The notes: generated by a model not told the origin, from the sequence alone. 63,037 nucleotides of DNA, filler included, from Lenisia limosa (GCA_001655205.1; 11 parts of 11 records of this genome joined end to end with filler, not necessarily neighbours in it); one strand, 5' to 3'. Numbered from the whole stretch's first letter, positions 47,293 through 58,702 are shown. A program made the numbers and translations.

Positions 47293-48087
47293 GTGAGTAA
47301 TAATCAATACATAGCCTGAATCTTCTCTCTCACCTGGAGAGAATTTGGCTTCATGCCAGGTACGTCAATTTCGATCTGATTGAGTAAATCAAAGGCCGGG
47401 TGGAATCTGATTCATATCGGAAAAGAATGATTGGGTGAATGGTTAGGTGAGTAATGTTATAAAAAGCGTTTTTTTATGGTATCCCTATGTATTAATTAGT
47501 TTGCCTGGACATTATTTCTTGTCCGGCAAAGAGTTGGGTAAATGAATATCCTGAGGAAGTAAATAGTTGGGTGATATTGGGATATACTGAGGAAGTAAAT
47601 AGTTGGTGATATTAGGATATACTGAGTACTATCTGATATTTTCATGAACAATATATATCATATCATATATATAAATATATACATATGATATGATACGTAA
47701 ATACACGACTGTATCCACCAACCTGAATCTGCGTGTCGGTTTGGGCAAGATCGTGGAGCGGCCAAGTTGAACCGTTTTGCCCGGGAGTGTGAAGCTTGTC
47801 ACGCTAAAAACGTGAGAGAGAGGGGGGTTCTGCAGGTTATCGCGCTGAAACGTGATTCACTTCCACAGGAATGGGACTCAGGAGGTTTTGTACTCAAATG
47901 CGTTTGGGAAAAACTCTTGCTATGCACGGCCAAAAACACTTGCTTGTATTGGGAAACTACTCCATGTCAAGTTCCCTGGGGCTGACAATTTATTGTTTCT
48001 TTGACGTTACACGAATTCAAAATTGATGCTGAAAATGGTGGTGGTGGTGGTGATGATACCAACACGCCAACAATTAAGGGTCAGGCA

Positions 48088-48165
48088 CAGTGACTGCGAT
48101 AAGTCTTGACACAATTGACAAAAGATAAGGCCCAATATCCGTGTCAGGACTTATCGCGGTCACTG
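48088..48165. mobile_element. Tc1/mariner-type MITE family C, full copy
   Basis: TIR CAGTGACTGCGATAAGTCTTGACAC ... GTGTCAGGACTTATCGCGGTCACTG followed by TA. Related copies at 12337, 17807, ~40645, ~50035-50105, 58206-58725 and 60622-60697. Confidence 0.88.
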
Positions 48166-48219
48166 TATGTATATGAACGTCTAACTCCATATATGTGGCC
48201 CAGGAGAAATAAAAAATAG

Positions 48220-48549
48220 CCAAGCAAAGGGAAGAAGAGTCCGGGGCCAACCAGGGTGTCGTTCTCCATGAGTTTGAGGAATTCCTCCAGGGACACGGTC
48301 GAGTTTCCGCCAGAACAGAAGCTCATCACTTCATTGACATTGTCATCACTTGAATCTCCGCCCATTGCCAGAATCTACACCTTGTAAGACATTGCTTAAC
48401 TTCAACCAAAACGTGAATACCATGTACTTCATCTCAGATTTGTCAATTTGACCATCTCCAGACGAGTCAAAAAGGCTACATTGATTAGAAGATCCTGGGG
48501 AAATTAGTGAATACGCAAAGGTTTTCTTGAGTTCTTGTTCGTCGCTCAT
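48220..48549 (-). CDS. Small EF-hand (calmodulin/myosin light chain-like) protein, 3' end uncertain
   Basis: Spliced MSDEQELKKTFA|LFDSSGDGQIDKSEMK..|ILAMGGDSSDDNVNEVMSFCSGGNSTVSLEEFLKLME: canonical loop DxSGDGQIDxxE plus a degenerate second EF-hand. Confidence 0.8.
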
Positions 48550-49589
48550 TTTTGTAGAAATGTAAGTTCTTACAATTTAAAGCTGAAAAGAGGCAAAAAC
48601 TCGAGGGCAAAGAAACAGAAGGTGTTTTCCGCGGCCGGTTTCTGATTTTGTCTCAAATTTTGCTCCCAATCGCTTCTTTTATTTACGAAACTGCCTATAG
48701 TTCTATATTTTTATCGTGTTCCAAAATATATAGAAGGAAAAGTCTTTAGAATAAGAGCAGCACCCGATTTCAAAGATGAAGGTTAACCTGTCGAGGCATT
48801 GCCTCATCTGTGTCAGCTCATGTCTGATGCTTATTAGCTTTGTATATGCTCTGGTTTGAGGGTGGTTGGAGGCGCATACAAAGCCCAGTACTGATCAACT
48901 CAACTGTCCGAGTTACTTGTTTTTGATTCTGGAATCTGGAAATCTGGAATGATCAGATTTTTCTGACCTTGTATTTATAAGTTAGTTTCATCTTAGATCC
49001 CGGTACATTGGTTATTAAGTTGTTCAATAGTAGTATAATATTCCAGAGGATTTTCTGGTTTTACCCCTCATTATTCCAGATGAAGTGTTTCTTTTATCCG
49101 TACTCAACATTCCATATCATATGTAAATATATTTTTGAAGAAGGAAGCAAAAAGAAATGATATTTGGGATCTTTTTTATAATAATAACGTCCCTTTTCGA
49201 AATTCCAAAAACGGTCCAGGTTTCATTCCCCTTCAACCAGATGTGCTCTCCCGTCTTGAATTCTAATTCTCTTTGCATTATGTTTTCACAGTTTTCTCTC
49301 ATTTTACTCGTATTTACTCATTTTATTTTGTATTTGTCGCATTTTACTTGCAATTTGTGTTTTATTCTTTTTTTACTCGCTTTTTACTCGTTTTTACTCA
49401 ATTTATTTTGAGTTGTACTCGTCTTGTCGCGCATTTTCCTCTCCTTTCCTATTGTGATATTAGTTTCCTCCAAATCAGCTTTTAAGTGCAGGAAAAAGAC
49501 AATTCATCCATATCCTCATTATCCCATCCATCATATCATATACCCTGTCATCCCATATACTTGATCTGTCCTACTTTCCCTCCCCCCTG

Positions 49590-49722
49590 TTATCAACCCT
49601 CGGGCGTTGTCAGCCAACAGAGTTGATTTTTGGCTTTTCTCTTTAATAAATTTTCTAATGTTACCCCCCTCCAATATTTCCAGTTGTACGCTGGATTGAT
49701 GAAGGGATGCGGTACTGCAGAA
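49590..49722 (+). repeat. R1 repeat: 3' part followed by the start of a second copy
   Basis: TGTTATCAACCCTCGGGCGTTGTCAGCCAACAGAGTTGATTTTTGGC...TTACCCCCCTCCA, then CTGGATTGATGAAGGGATGCGGTACTGCAGAAG. Confidence 0.8.
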
Positions 49723-50495
49723 GTGTTGTTGTTTCATCACTTTTCGATTTACCCCNNNNNNNNNNNNNNNNNNNNNNNNNNNNNNNNNNNNNNNNNNNNN
49801 NNNNNNNNNNNNNNNNNNNNNNNNNNNNNNNNNNNNNNNNNNNNNNNNNNNNNNNNNNNNNNNNNNNNNNNNNNNNNNNNNCTTTCTCGTGGAACAACAT
49901 CGAGATCAAAGAGATTGAAGGAGACATGACGGCAATTATTGATGTTGATTGGTGGGCTTGGTGGGCATGACGGCAATTATTGATGGGCATTGATGAGAGG
50001 GTTGTAATATTCTATAAAAGTACGTTGTATCTACACAGACCAATTCTTGACCGATTTTGCTTGGGAAATCACATAGCAAATCGGTCAAGTCTTACCGGGT
50101 CATGTTATAAATTACAATATATTGCACATATCATATGATATTGTGTATTTCACATATGTTTAATGACATTGTCTTACCCAGTTCAGAAGAAATGATACAT
50201 ATGATATGATATTATATTGTCAAGCAATGTACATCATAGATGATATGATATTGAACACTATCAATATATCAATGTATAATATATCATATGATAAGTATAT
50301 TTTACATACTATATGATATGATATAATGATATTGTCTTGCAANNNNNNNNNNNNNNNNNNNNNNNNNNNNNNNNNNNNNNNNNNNNTTAATTAATTAANN
50401 NNNNNNNNNNNNNNNNNNNNNNNNNNNNNNNNNNNNNNNNNNGGGGTAAGCTGAAATAAAAGACGGATATGCTCTACTATTCTGAGTTTGCTTAC

Positions 50496-53400
50496 TTCAT
50501 GGTTGTAACGGTGACCATGTTTTCGGGTAAAGCAGGCCGCACCAGAGCCGCCAGAGCTGAAAGCCAGATCACAGTCTGCTCGGGGTCCTCATCACGAAGG
50601 AGCGCTGGGGAAACTATAGAGTGTAACTGGCAATGCTGAGACTATAGAGTGTCACTGAATATGAGGCAACGAGTGCATCTTGTTAGCTCCAATACCAATA
50701 CTACTCAGTTTAACTACCCCGCTGTGGAGGATATCATATCTATGGACTATATTGGCTTCCACTCTTTCCAAAAAGCACCCCCCTCCCCCACCTGGTAAAT
50801 GTGTGCATAAGCGGTTGAGGAGCATGACGGCCGCCATTGACAGGTCAATATGTGGGCATTTCACCGAGAACGTGCCTGAAACATCAGAAAGCTCAGCCCT
50901 CCAGTAAATACCGTGGGTTTATCAGGTATTATTAGGGCTTCACTTCGGTTTGAAAAAGACCAGTAAATTATCGATAGTTTTCGAGGATTTATCAAGAAAT
51001 TCAGTCTTTTTTTTTTGAACCGAAGTAAAGCTCTAGTTATAAGTTTAGAGGTCAAATGAAGAACTTAGAGCTAAAGAAAAGAGCTTATTTTGGCATAACC
51101 TCCCTACCAAGAGCCTCGAACCCGGCAGTGATATCCTGTCCCATGTGCTGGCTGTGGGTCTTGAAGGCTGCCTCCACGGCCTGAAGCCCGATCTTGGCTG
51201 TCGACACCGATTTGGATAGAGACGACTGCGGGGGGGGGGGGNNNNNNNNNNNNNNNNNNNNNNNNNNNNNNNNNNNNNNNNNNNNNNNNNNNNNNNNNNN
51301 NNNNNNNNNNNNNNNNNNNNNNNNNNNNNNNNNNNNNNNNNNNNNNNNNNNNNNNNNNNNNNNNNNNNNNNNNNNNNNNNTAGCTTCTGCAGCACCGCAT
51401 CCCATCATGATGGCTGGGTGTATGTCTGTGTCAAACAATACAAACACCCATTGTTGTAACCGCCTACTGCGGCATAGGCGTTGAGCACACTATTGCAACC
51501 GCCAACCGCGGAACCGCCTACCGCGGCATAGGCGTTGACACACTACTGCCACCGCCTACCGCAGCATAGGCGTTGAACACACTATTGCAACCGCCTACCG
51601 CGGCATAGGCGTTGAACACACTGCGCCATCCACGCATAATCTTCTCCGGTTTGGCGTGGGTAATTTGCGACAGACATTGCGTCACGAGCTCTTGTGTCGA
51701 TGCTGCACAATCAGAAGCATGGTACGGGGGGGTGTCATATAAGATATCTTTTTTCCAACTCTGCAACTAAATATTTAAGACGACACAAAAATAAAAGCCC
51801 ATTTAGTTGATTATACACAATCACACCCGATTAAACTTGTCGTTGTCTCAAGGCTTTTATTTGTCCCACCAGCCCCTCGAATAACAGCGTCATTCAACCA
51901 GTACCCAAGTCCTCATAAGGCACCCCCCACAATGCACGCTGACGCTGCAGCAGATCCTCGCAAAGGTCTGGAATACAGCCTGTTGGTTGTCGAAGCCATC
52001 CACCTCCAGGAACCGTGTGCACATGCGGAACAGTCTGGGGGTAAGGATGAGAGAGAGCGGAAGAGAAGAGAGAGAGAGCGAGAGAGAACATGACAGATCA
52101 TATTACTGTGCAATAAATGAGAAAGCCAAGAAGCACCCTCCCACCCTGTAATGGCGCTCCTGTTGACTTGTTCATTGGCGTTGAGGGCGCTGAGAATGAT
52201 GTGCTTCGAGAGGACCGGCCAAACGTCGTCCCACACTACACTATTAATATGGCATCTATTTAGCCACATTACACGGTTAACACTCTATTAAGCTCTCGGG
52301 GTAATATTAATGTAATATAATCCAGTATCTCAAATAAACATTGGTGAGTAATTACCTAATTTGCATCCCAGTCCATAACCTATACACCCCCCCATACCTT
52401 CCCTGGGTCTTGCAATGTTCATACACGTGACTTCGACCAGCTTATTGAGACTGAACAGGGACGCCTCGCCGCCAAAGCCCTGTGTGGCTATTTCCTCCGA
52501 AGAAACGTCACAGAGGGCCTGGGGGGGTGGGGTGAAGAAAGAATTATAATTGAGAGAGAGACAAAATCGGGGGGGATATGGAATAACACAAATCCGTTCA
52601 AAATCAACCTTGGGGGAAGGAGAGAAAACGAAGCAAATTGGAATGACAAATATGATTGATTTATTAAAGCAGGGTGGTAATTCAGAAAATTGTCACGAAT
52701 GCTGTTAACATTGTTCTAAGACACCTTCTTCGGAAGGAATTTTTTGTTTTGTAACTACCCGTTACTTCAGTTTGAAAGACTCCAAACTTTGGCATAAATC
52801 ACGTACAATATGCGTCAATCTTGAGAAAATTGAACAAAATCCGATTTTCTGAATTACCACCCTGCTTTCACAAACAAAAAACCAAAAAAAAAAACCACAA
52901 NNNNNNNNNNNNNNNNNNNNNNNNNNNNNNNNNNNNNNNNNNNNNNNNNNNNNNNNNNNNNNNNNNNNNNNNNNAACATCACACAGCCTCCTCCACCCAC
53001 CTTTAAGTAATCCGCAACAGCCTCGTCACTTAAGTTGGGGCTACAGGCGTGAATAAAGGCAAGTTGTGGAATAAGGGCGTTCTTTAACTGCCTCATGTAG
53101 GCTCACAGAGTACATATAAATATGCTATTTGGTCTATTCACGTTTTCACAAGAAGTGAGAATGATGTAATGGACGAATCCGTCCACTCCACCATGTTCAC
53201 AAAAGAAAGCAGTAGTAAATAAGTGTGGAATTTCCCTATAACCAACCTGGATGTGAAAATGTGTTCAACAGGGAGTCGTCGAACGTCTTGAAGCAAAACA
53301 AATGTGTCGTACTGGGGGGGGGGGGGGNNNNNNNNNNNNNNNNNNNNNNNNNNNNNNNNNNNNNNNNNNNNNNNNNNNNNNNNNNNNNNNNNNNNNNNNN

Positions 53401-56400
53401 NNNNNNNNNNNNNNNNNNNNNNNNNNNNNNNNNNNNNNNNNNNNTAAAACAAACCTGGATTTCGGGTTCGCGAGAGTTTTGTTCTGAGGGGGCCGGGGGG
53501 TTGGGCTTACCTTGAAATATAAGAAATCCCATTGGCAGGGAGGAGGTTAGCAAAAACAAACGACACCTCTGAAACATGAGGGTTTGGAAAATTCAAAACA
53601 AACAAAGCGTTGGACTCAAAACAAACAAGGCGTTGGACTGCAAAAAGGAGCAAACCTTGAGCCAAAATGCCTTCCGAAAGAGAATGCACCCGATCTAAAA
53701 AGGACATGCTAAATAGTAACAAAAATGACATGTGAGGGAGAACAAAGAAAATAGTGTAACCGCGGCCACAATTTGATTACGTGTCTCCAGGCCGAGCCAA
53801 GCTTATTCGCGTCAGTTTGCGCTACCGCCAACACGCCTCTCGCTTTAGAGTGACAAAATGCAAACAAATATAAGGGTGACCGATAATGCAAAGAAATACA
53901 GGAAGACCCCCCCCCCCCNNNNNNNNNNNNNNNNNNNNNNNNNNNNNNNNNNNNNNNNNNNNNNNNNNNNNNNNNNNNNNNNNNNNNNNNNNNNNNNNNN
54001 NNNNNNNNNNNNNNNNNNNNNNNNNNNNNNNNNNNNNNNNNNNNNNNNNNNNNNNNNNNNNNNNNNNNNNNNNNNNCCATGTGCATCATATAAGTCCCGC
54101 GTATACTTCAAAAAATCATACGTATCATTCGCCCCGTCAAAACCATCTAAACCAAAAGATTTATTCTCTCCAACTCTTTATCTGAAACAAAAGTCCGAGC
54201 CCTGGGAATTGACTGTGGATCCGCGTAAAAATTATGAGTATCAATGCCTGTATCATTATCTTCCTCTGCAACAAATGTAATCGTTTTTAAAAAAGTAACT
54301 TTTACTACGTTTAATATATGCGATACACCTCTTAAATAAATGACCAGGGTCGAGATCTGGCATTACTAAGATTTCAGTGTTTTCGGAATTGATTTGATAA
54401 TTGGGGTGACAGGAGGAATTGCAAGGAAAACGATAGGGATTTTTACAAGGTGCCTTTCACGATAACACTCTTGGAGGGAGAAAGAAATCCCACATTTCCC
54501 TGGGTGTTCATTGTATCCTTATTTTCCGTTTTATCAAAAAAACAAAAACAAAAAGTATTCTGAGCAACTACACCTTCAACATTGCCTTTCCTCCCTCGCC
54601 GACCTTGGTGAGTGCTGAGACAAAAGCGTCCGAGAGGGTGTGGTCCTCAAAGAATGACGCAACATGAACGGCGGATCTACCAGGTCAGAAAGAGGAAATT
54701 TGCCTGGAGTACATTGTGCGAGTATAGATTTCCCTCATTCATTGCTACAATGGACAACACTGAGGTGAAAAGTTACATGGGTGTAGTACTGACCTGAAAG
54801 ACGAGACACAAAGCTCAGCAATGGCTTCCTCGTGGGTTTTCTCCATCACCAAACTGCGGGGTGTGAAAGGATATGCAAGGGGAAAAAAAAAACAACTACC
54901 AACAGGTAGGAAATGCAAAACGGTATCTATCATATTATATACAATGCTGTTCTTCTTTGATCATTTTGATTTAATCCACGACGCACCTCACAGCGGCCAA
55001 CGATGACCATGAGGCCGAGTCGAAAATAGTCGAAATCAGCTTTCGGCTTGGTACCACGGACATGTACTGGAGGGGGGGGGGTGTAAAATTGGAAAATTTA
55101 TGAAACAAAAAAACCCAAATCAACTCTGTTGGCTAACAACACACAAGGGTTGATAACAACACAACAAAAACAAAGCCCAGNNNNNNNNNNNNNNNNNNNN
55201 NNNNNNNNNNNNNNNNNNNNNNNNNNNNNNNNNNNNNNNNNNNNNNNNNNNNNNNNNNNNNNNNNNNNNNNNNNNNNNNNNNNNNNNNNNNNNNNCCCTC
55301 CCCCTCACCTTGGTATCTACCTGTCCGCAAATATCGTAGGCTCTGGAAGTGGCCTGCAGTCTCAGGTCTCCCGCACTCATGTACTGCAAGCGATAAGACT
55401 CTTGGCAGTTTTGCTTTATGTGGCAAAGCTCGTGTCAAAATCGGGTATGTATAAACACCACACGAAAAGAACACAAAGTATTATACTCTAAATATAACCT
55501 GCACTGAACTGACCTTGTCGTCTTCGAGCTTAATCTCATTGGTGGTAATATCAATGTAGATTTGGTTGAGGTACTCAGCAGTCATTGAAGGATCAGAGTC
55601 TGGGGGGAGGGGTGTAAAATTGGAAAATTGATGAAACAAAAAGAGCCCAAATCAACTCTGCTGGCTGACAACACACGAGGGTTGAAAACAACAAAACAAA
55701 GCCCAGGCCGGGGGGGGGGGGATTGGAAATAGGGGGTTAAGGGAAAAATNNNNNNNNNNNNNNNNNNNNNNNNNNNNNNNNNNNNNNNNNNCATTTTGAA
55801 AATGTTGAATTAACCATACTGCATAATAAATACCCCACCTTTTCTGCCAATATGCTGGTTGAGGAATTCGTCACGAGTCATTTTCTTCTTAACCTGGGGG
55901 AGGGGGTGAGTGAGAATTTTTGAAACGAAACAAAATATATTATTTCGAATAGAGCTTCGCTAATTTATAGGGCTCTGTGCAATTAATTGACATTTTAATT
56001 TCAAAATTTGAAGTGGGAGTAACGAGAACCCTATTCCAGACACTTAATTTCTAATTGTGTCAATTAATGTCCTCAAAAAAAAAATTGCACGGAGCCCTAA
56101 TTTATCTAGAATTTATCGAGAATCGGTCTTTTAACCACGTAAAGCCCTAGCTTAGAGCACAAAGGATAAGGTAGATATTTCAGTGCTGTTTAGCATTAGA
56201 TGGGGTGAGAAAACACCAAGGAATTTAATAACAAACCTGCGGGTTGTGATGGTCGGTGTTGAGCATGATGACGGAATAGGCGAGGACAAAGGCTGTGTCC
56301 GGACTGTACACGGTCAATAACGGATGGAGAATAGATTTTCAAAAAACTTCGAAATAAGCATCTCCCATGACAGCTACTGCGAACCATGGTGCAACTTATG

Positions 56401-58011
56401 ATGGTGTTTATTGTTACTTATTATTAAATAATATGACACGCATTTATTCCTATTAAAAAAAAAAGCGTCCTTGAAAAACGGAATCCGCCCCCCCCCCCCN
56501 NNNNNNNNNNNNNNNNNNNNNNNNNNNNNNNNNNNNNNNNNNNNNNNNNNNNNNNNNNNNNNNNNNNNNNNNNNNNNNNNNNNNNNNNNNNNNNNNNNGT
56601 CAATAATGCGATCGATCTTTTGGGCCTCGCCTGGGGGGTGAGAGAGAAAAAGTGATGATAATCATCATATACAGAAGACGACTGTGATAAAAAAGACTGC
56701 AAAGCGCAAATTGTTTGGTTGAAATAACCAATCAAGCCCACCCTTTTTCACATGCACAGTACAGTGTGGTAAGCCTTGTCCAACTTTCAAAAAAATCGGG
56801 CAAAGCCAACGGTCACTGAGTTTTATATAATATTCCCCTGTCATATCATGTGATGTACCCACCTGGTAGCCTGAACTTCGACAGGAACTTTCTCAAGGCT
56901 GCTACATACGGCAATTCAGTGAAGTCCATGCTACGGAGTCAGAAGAAACGCCAAGGGGGGTATGAAGGCAAAAAAGAAGAATATGTGCAGAGCAAAAGTG
57001 AATAAACTCGTAGGTGTAAAACGTTGAAAAATTATTAGGGCTTCCCTACGGTCCCAAAAAAGACTGAATTTCTCGATAAGTTTTCTATAAATATCGATAT
57101 TTTGACGGTCTTTTTCAGACCGCAGGGAAGCCCTGTTATTTCCGGGGGAGACGAGGAATTAATCACCCTCCCCCCTCACTTTTCAGTGAAGATCTTGAGA
57201 ACTTGAAGCGGCATGGGGCTGTCCTCTCCAAGGTACTGGCCTGAAGGGTTAAGGAGATAGGCAAAACAGTCGGGTAAAAACTCAATAACCCCCCCCCCCC
57301 ACCGATGCCAGTTTTGCTCAAGGCATTTGTTTGGTCCAAGAAGACAGCGATCTCCTCTGCGGTCTTTCCAACGTAGTTCAGTTCATTGAGTCGCTTCAGA
57401 CCTGGACGGGTCTGTTAATACTACTCCTACTACCACTTCTATTATTATTTTGTTATTGTTATTATTTTTATTTTTATTATTATTATTAGTATTAGTATTA
57501 TTATTGTATTTATTGTTATTATTATTATAATCATTTAAGAAGAGTATTTGCTATGATAAACTACTATCTGATAGATCTTGCGTTTTATGAAAAGCCAGCT
57601 GAGAATCTTTGGGAACATATGATATGATATCATATTGAAGTTCTGTCACAATAGCAAGACAAATTGACCATTATTACGTGTATCTTCATTTGAGGGTCAA
57701 TGTAATGCTGTTACCCCACCCTTGATTGGCTTTTCGGTGAAGAGCTTGAGAGCATCAAAACGATCGCCCTTCTGCGACTTTGTCACCATCCACTCGGGCC
57801 TACTGGGTGAGAGGGAGGAGAAAGGAAACTTCGAGGATGGATGAATAATAGCAACTACTAACATATCATATGATATCATATGATATGAATAAATAACACA
57901 TCTACCTAGCCCCCTTTCCCCTCGTACATGTCCTCCTCAGTTTCAGGCACACTATCAACGGCTTGCGACAGACACTGGAAAAAGGCGGTAATAGACGCTG
58001 CCATCGGCTGA
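50496..58011 (-). CDS. SEC7: Large Arf-GEF, BIG/Sec7 family (Sec7 domain + HDS regions), partial at both ends
   Basis: Exons: LFTEKPIKG|LKRL..AEEIAVFL..LSKTGI|GQYLGE; MDF..ALRKFLSKFRLP|GEAQKIDRII; DTAFVLAYSVIMLNTDHHNPQ|VKKKMTRDEFL; YLNQIYIDITTNEIKL; SWSSLAAVS; CVSSF|RSAVHVA..DAFVSALTK; AWRHVIK; IFTSSPNLSDEAVADYLK|ALCDVSSEEI..LFSLNKLVEV; VWDDVWPVL; RFLE; QELVTQCLSQ..GWRSVF; DLSMAAVMLL. Confidence 0.93.
50933..51035. mobile_element. hAT MITE family A, intronic in the Sec7 gene
   Basis: TAGGGCTTCACTTCGGTT...AACCGAAGTAAAGCTCTA; TSD not conserved. Confidence 0.9.
51458..51622. repeat. 39-bp tandem repeat (~4.4 copies) spanning an exon end and 5' splice site
   Basis: Unit AACCGCCTACCGCGGCATAGGCGTTGAACACACTATTGC; on the minus strand it encodes SVFNAYAA followed by a GTAGGC donor. 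Confidence 0.92.
55067..55180 (-). repeat. R1 repeat ending exactly at a 3' splice acceptor
   Basis: Minus strand ...CAATTTTACACCCCCCCCCTCCAG|TAC ATG; AG at 55067-55068 precedes Sec7-gene exon YMSVVPSRKL. Confidence 0.88.
55600..55706 (-). repeat. R1 repeat ending exactly at a 3' splice acceptor
   Basis: Minus strand ...CAATTTTACACCCCTCCCCCCAG|AC TCT GAT; AG at 55600-55601 precedes exon DSDPSMTAEYLNQIY. Confidence 0.88.
55968..56099. mobile_element. MITE family B copy, apparently nested in a decayed family A copy (~55950-56149)
   Basis: TAGGGCTCTGTGCAATTAATTG...AATTGCACGGAGCCCTA; outer remnants TAGAGCTTCGC and GAATTTATCGAGAAT...AAAGCCCTA. Confidence 0.8.
57036..57135. mobile_element. hAT MITE, family A body with alternative TIR
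   Basis: TAGGGCTTCCCTACGGTC...GACCGCAGGGAAGCCCTG with family A internal GACTGAATTTCTCGATAA and TATCGATA motifs. Confidence 0.85.
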
Positions 58012-58269
58012 NNNNNNNNNNNNNNNNNNNNNNNNNNNNNNNNNNNNNNNNNNNNTTAATTAATTAANNNNNNNNNNNNNNNNNNNNNNNNNNNNNNNNN
58101 NNNNNNNNNNNCTCAGGTCCGTTCCGGGTCGGTGCGGTCGTCGTTCCACATTGCAATCATCGGCACCTCTCTGGCCATGCCGCTCGGAGGTGGGGGTGAT
58201 ACGTAAAGTGAACAGGATATGTCTCGACCTATTTTCCCTGGGGAAATCGCACACTATATTGGTCAAGAC

Positions 58270-58329
58270 TAGGGCTTCACTTCGGTTCGAAAAAGATCGG
58301 TAAAATATCGATAGTTTTCGAGAATTTAT
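58270..58329. mobile_element. hAT MITE family A, left part (runs into 10-N gap)
   Basis: Identical to 58601-58660; left flank GTCAAGAC. Confidence 0.85.
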
Positions 58330-58600
58330 NNNNNNNNNNCGCGACTTGAGGCTTTGCTACTGCTGTTGTTGAGGCAGTAACAGGGGCAATAGCAGGGGCT
58401 TTAGGGGCTACGGGGGGACTTGGAATATGCTGTCTCGCCTGGGCTTGGAGAATGAGGGCGTAAACGGCCTCGGCTGATGAAAGCGTCTGAAAAAGGTCAT
58501 TTTTTTGTTGTTGTGCACTACTATATGTATGAAAAAGGTCATTTTTAGTGAAGTGAAGCCCCTATTCAAATGAAAATCATAAGGATACGAAGGTTGCTGT

Positions 58601-58702
58601 TAGGGCTTCACTTCGGTTCGAAAAAGATCGGTAAAATATCGATAGTTTTCGAGAATTTATCGAGAAACTCTGTCTTTTTCGAACCGATGTGAAGAAGCCC
58701 TA
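58601..58702. mobile_element. hAT MITE family A, full copy
   Basis: TAGGGCTTCACTTCGGTTCG...CGAACCGATGTGAAGAAGCCCTA; right flank GGCAAGAC. Confidence 0.9.

Noticed and set aside
42150-48549. Functional cluster of adhE with the EF-hand gene or an upstream hydrolase-like segment (YDARGWG)
   Set aside because: The EF-hand gene is on another scaffold across a linker; the hydrolase-like motif is a single short match with no coherent exon model.
51458-51622. CRISPR-like array (palindromic repeats)
   Set aside because: Units are contiguous with no unique spacers, lie inside a eukaryotic gene, and no cas genes are present; same for 4571-4714.
51630-52260. pogo-like reading (VHTVPGGGWLRQP)
   Set aside because: Another frame gives coherent BIG/Sec7 HDS exons (VWDDVWPVL, RFLE, GWRSVF) in phase with neighbours.
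58112-58190. Deaminase-like motif PFRVGAVVV
   Set aside because: No HAE or PCxxC motifs found in adjacent exon-like segments.
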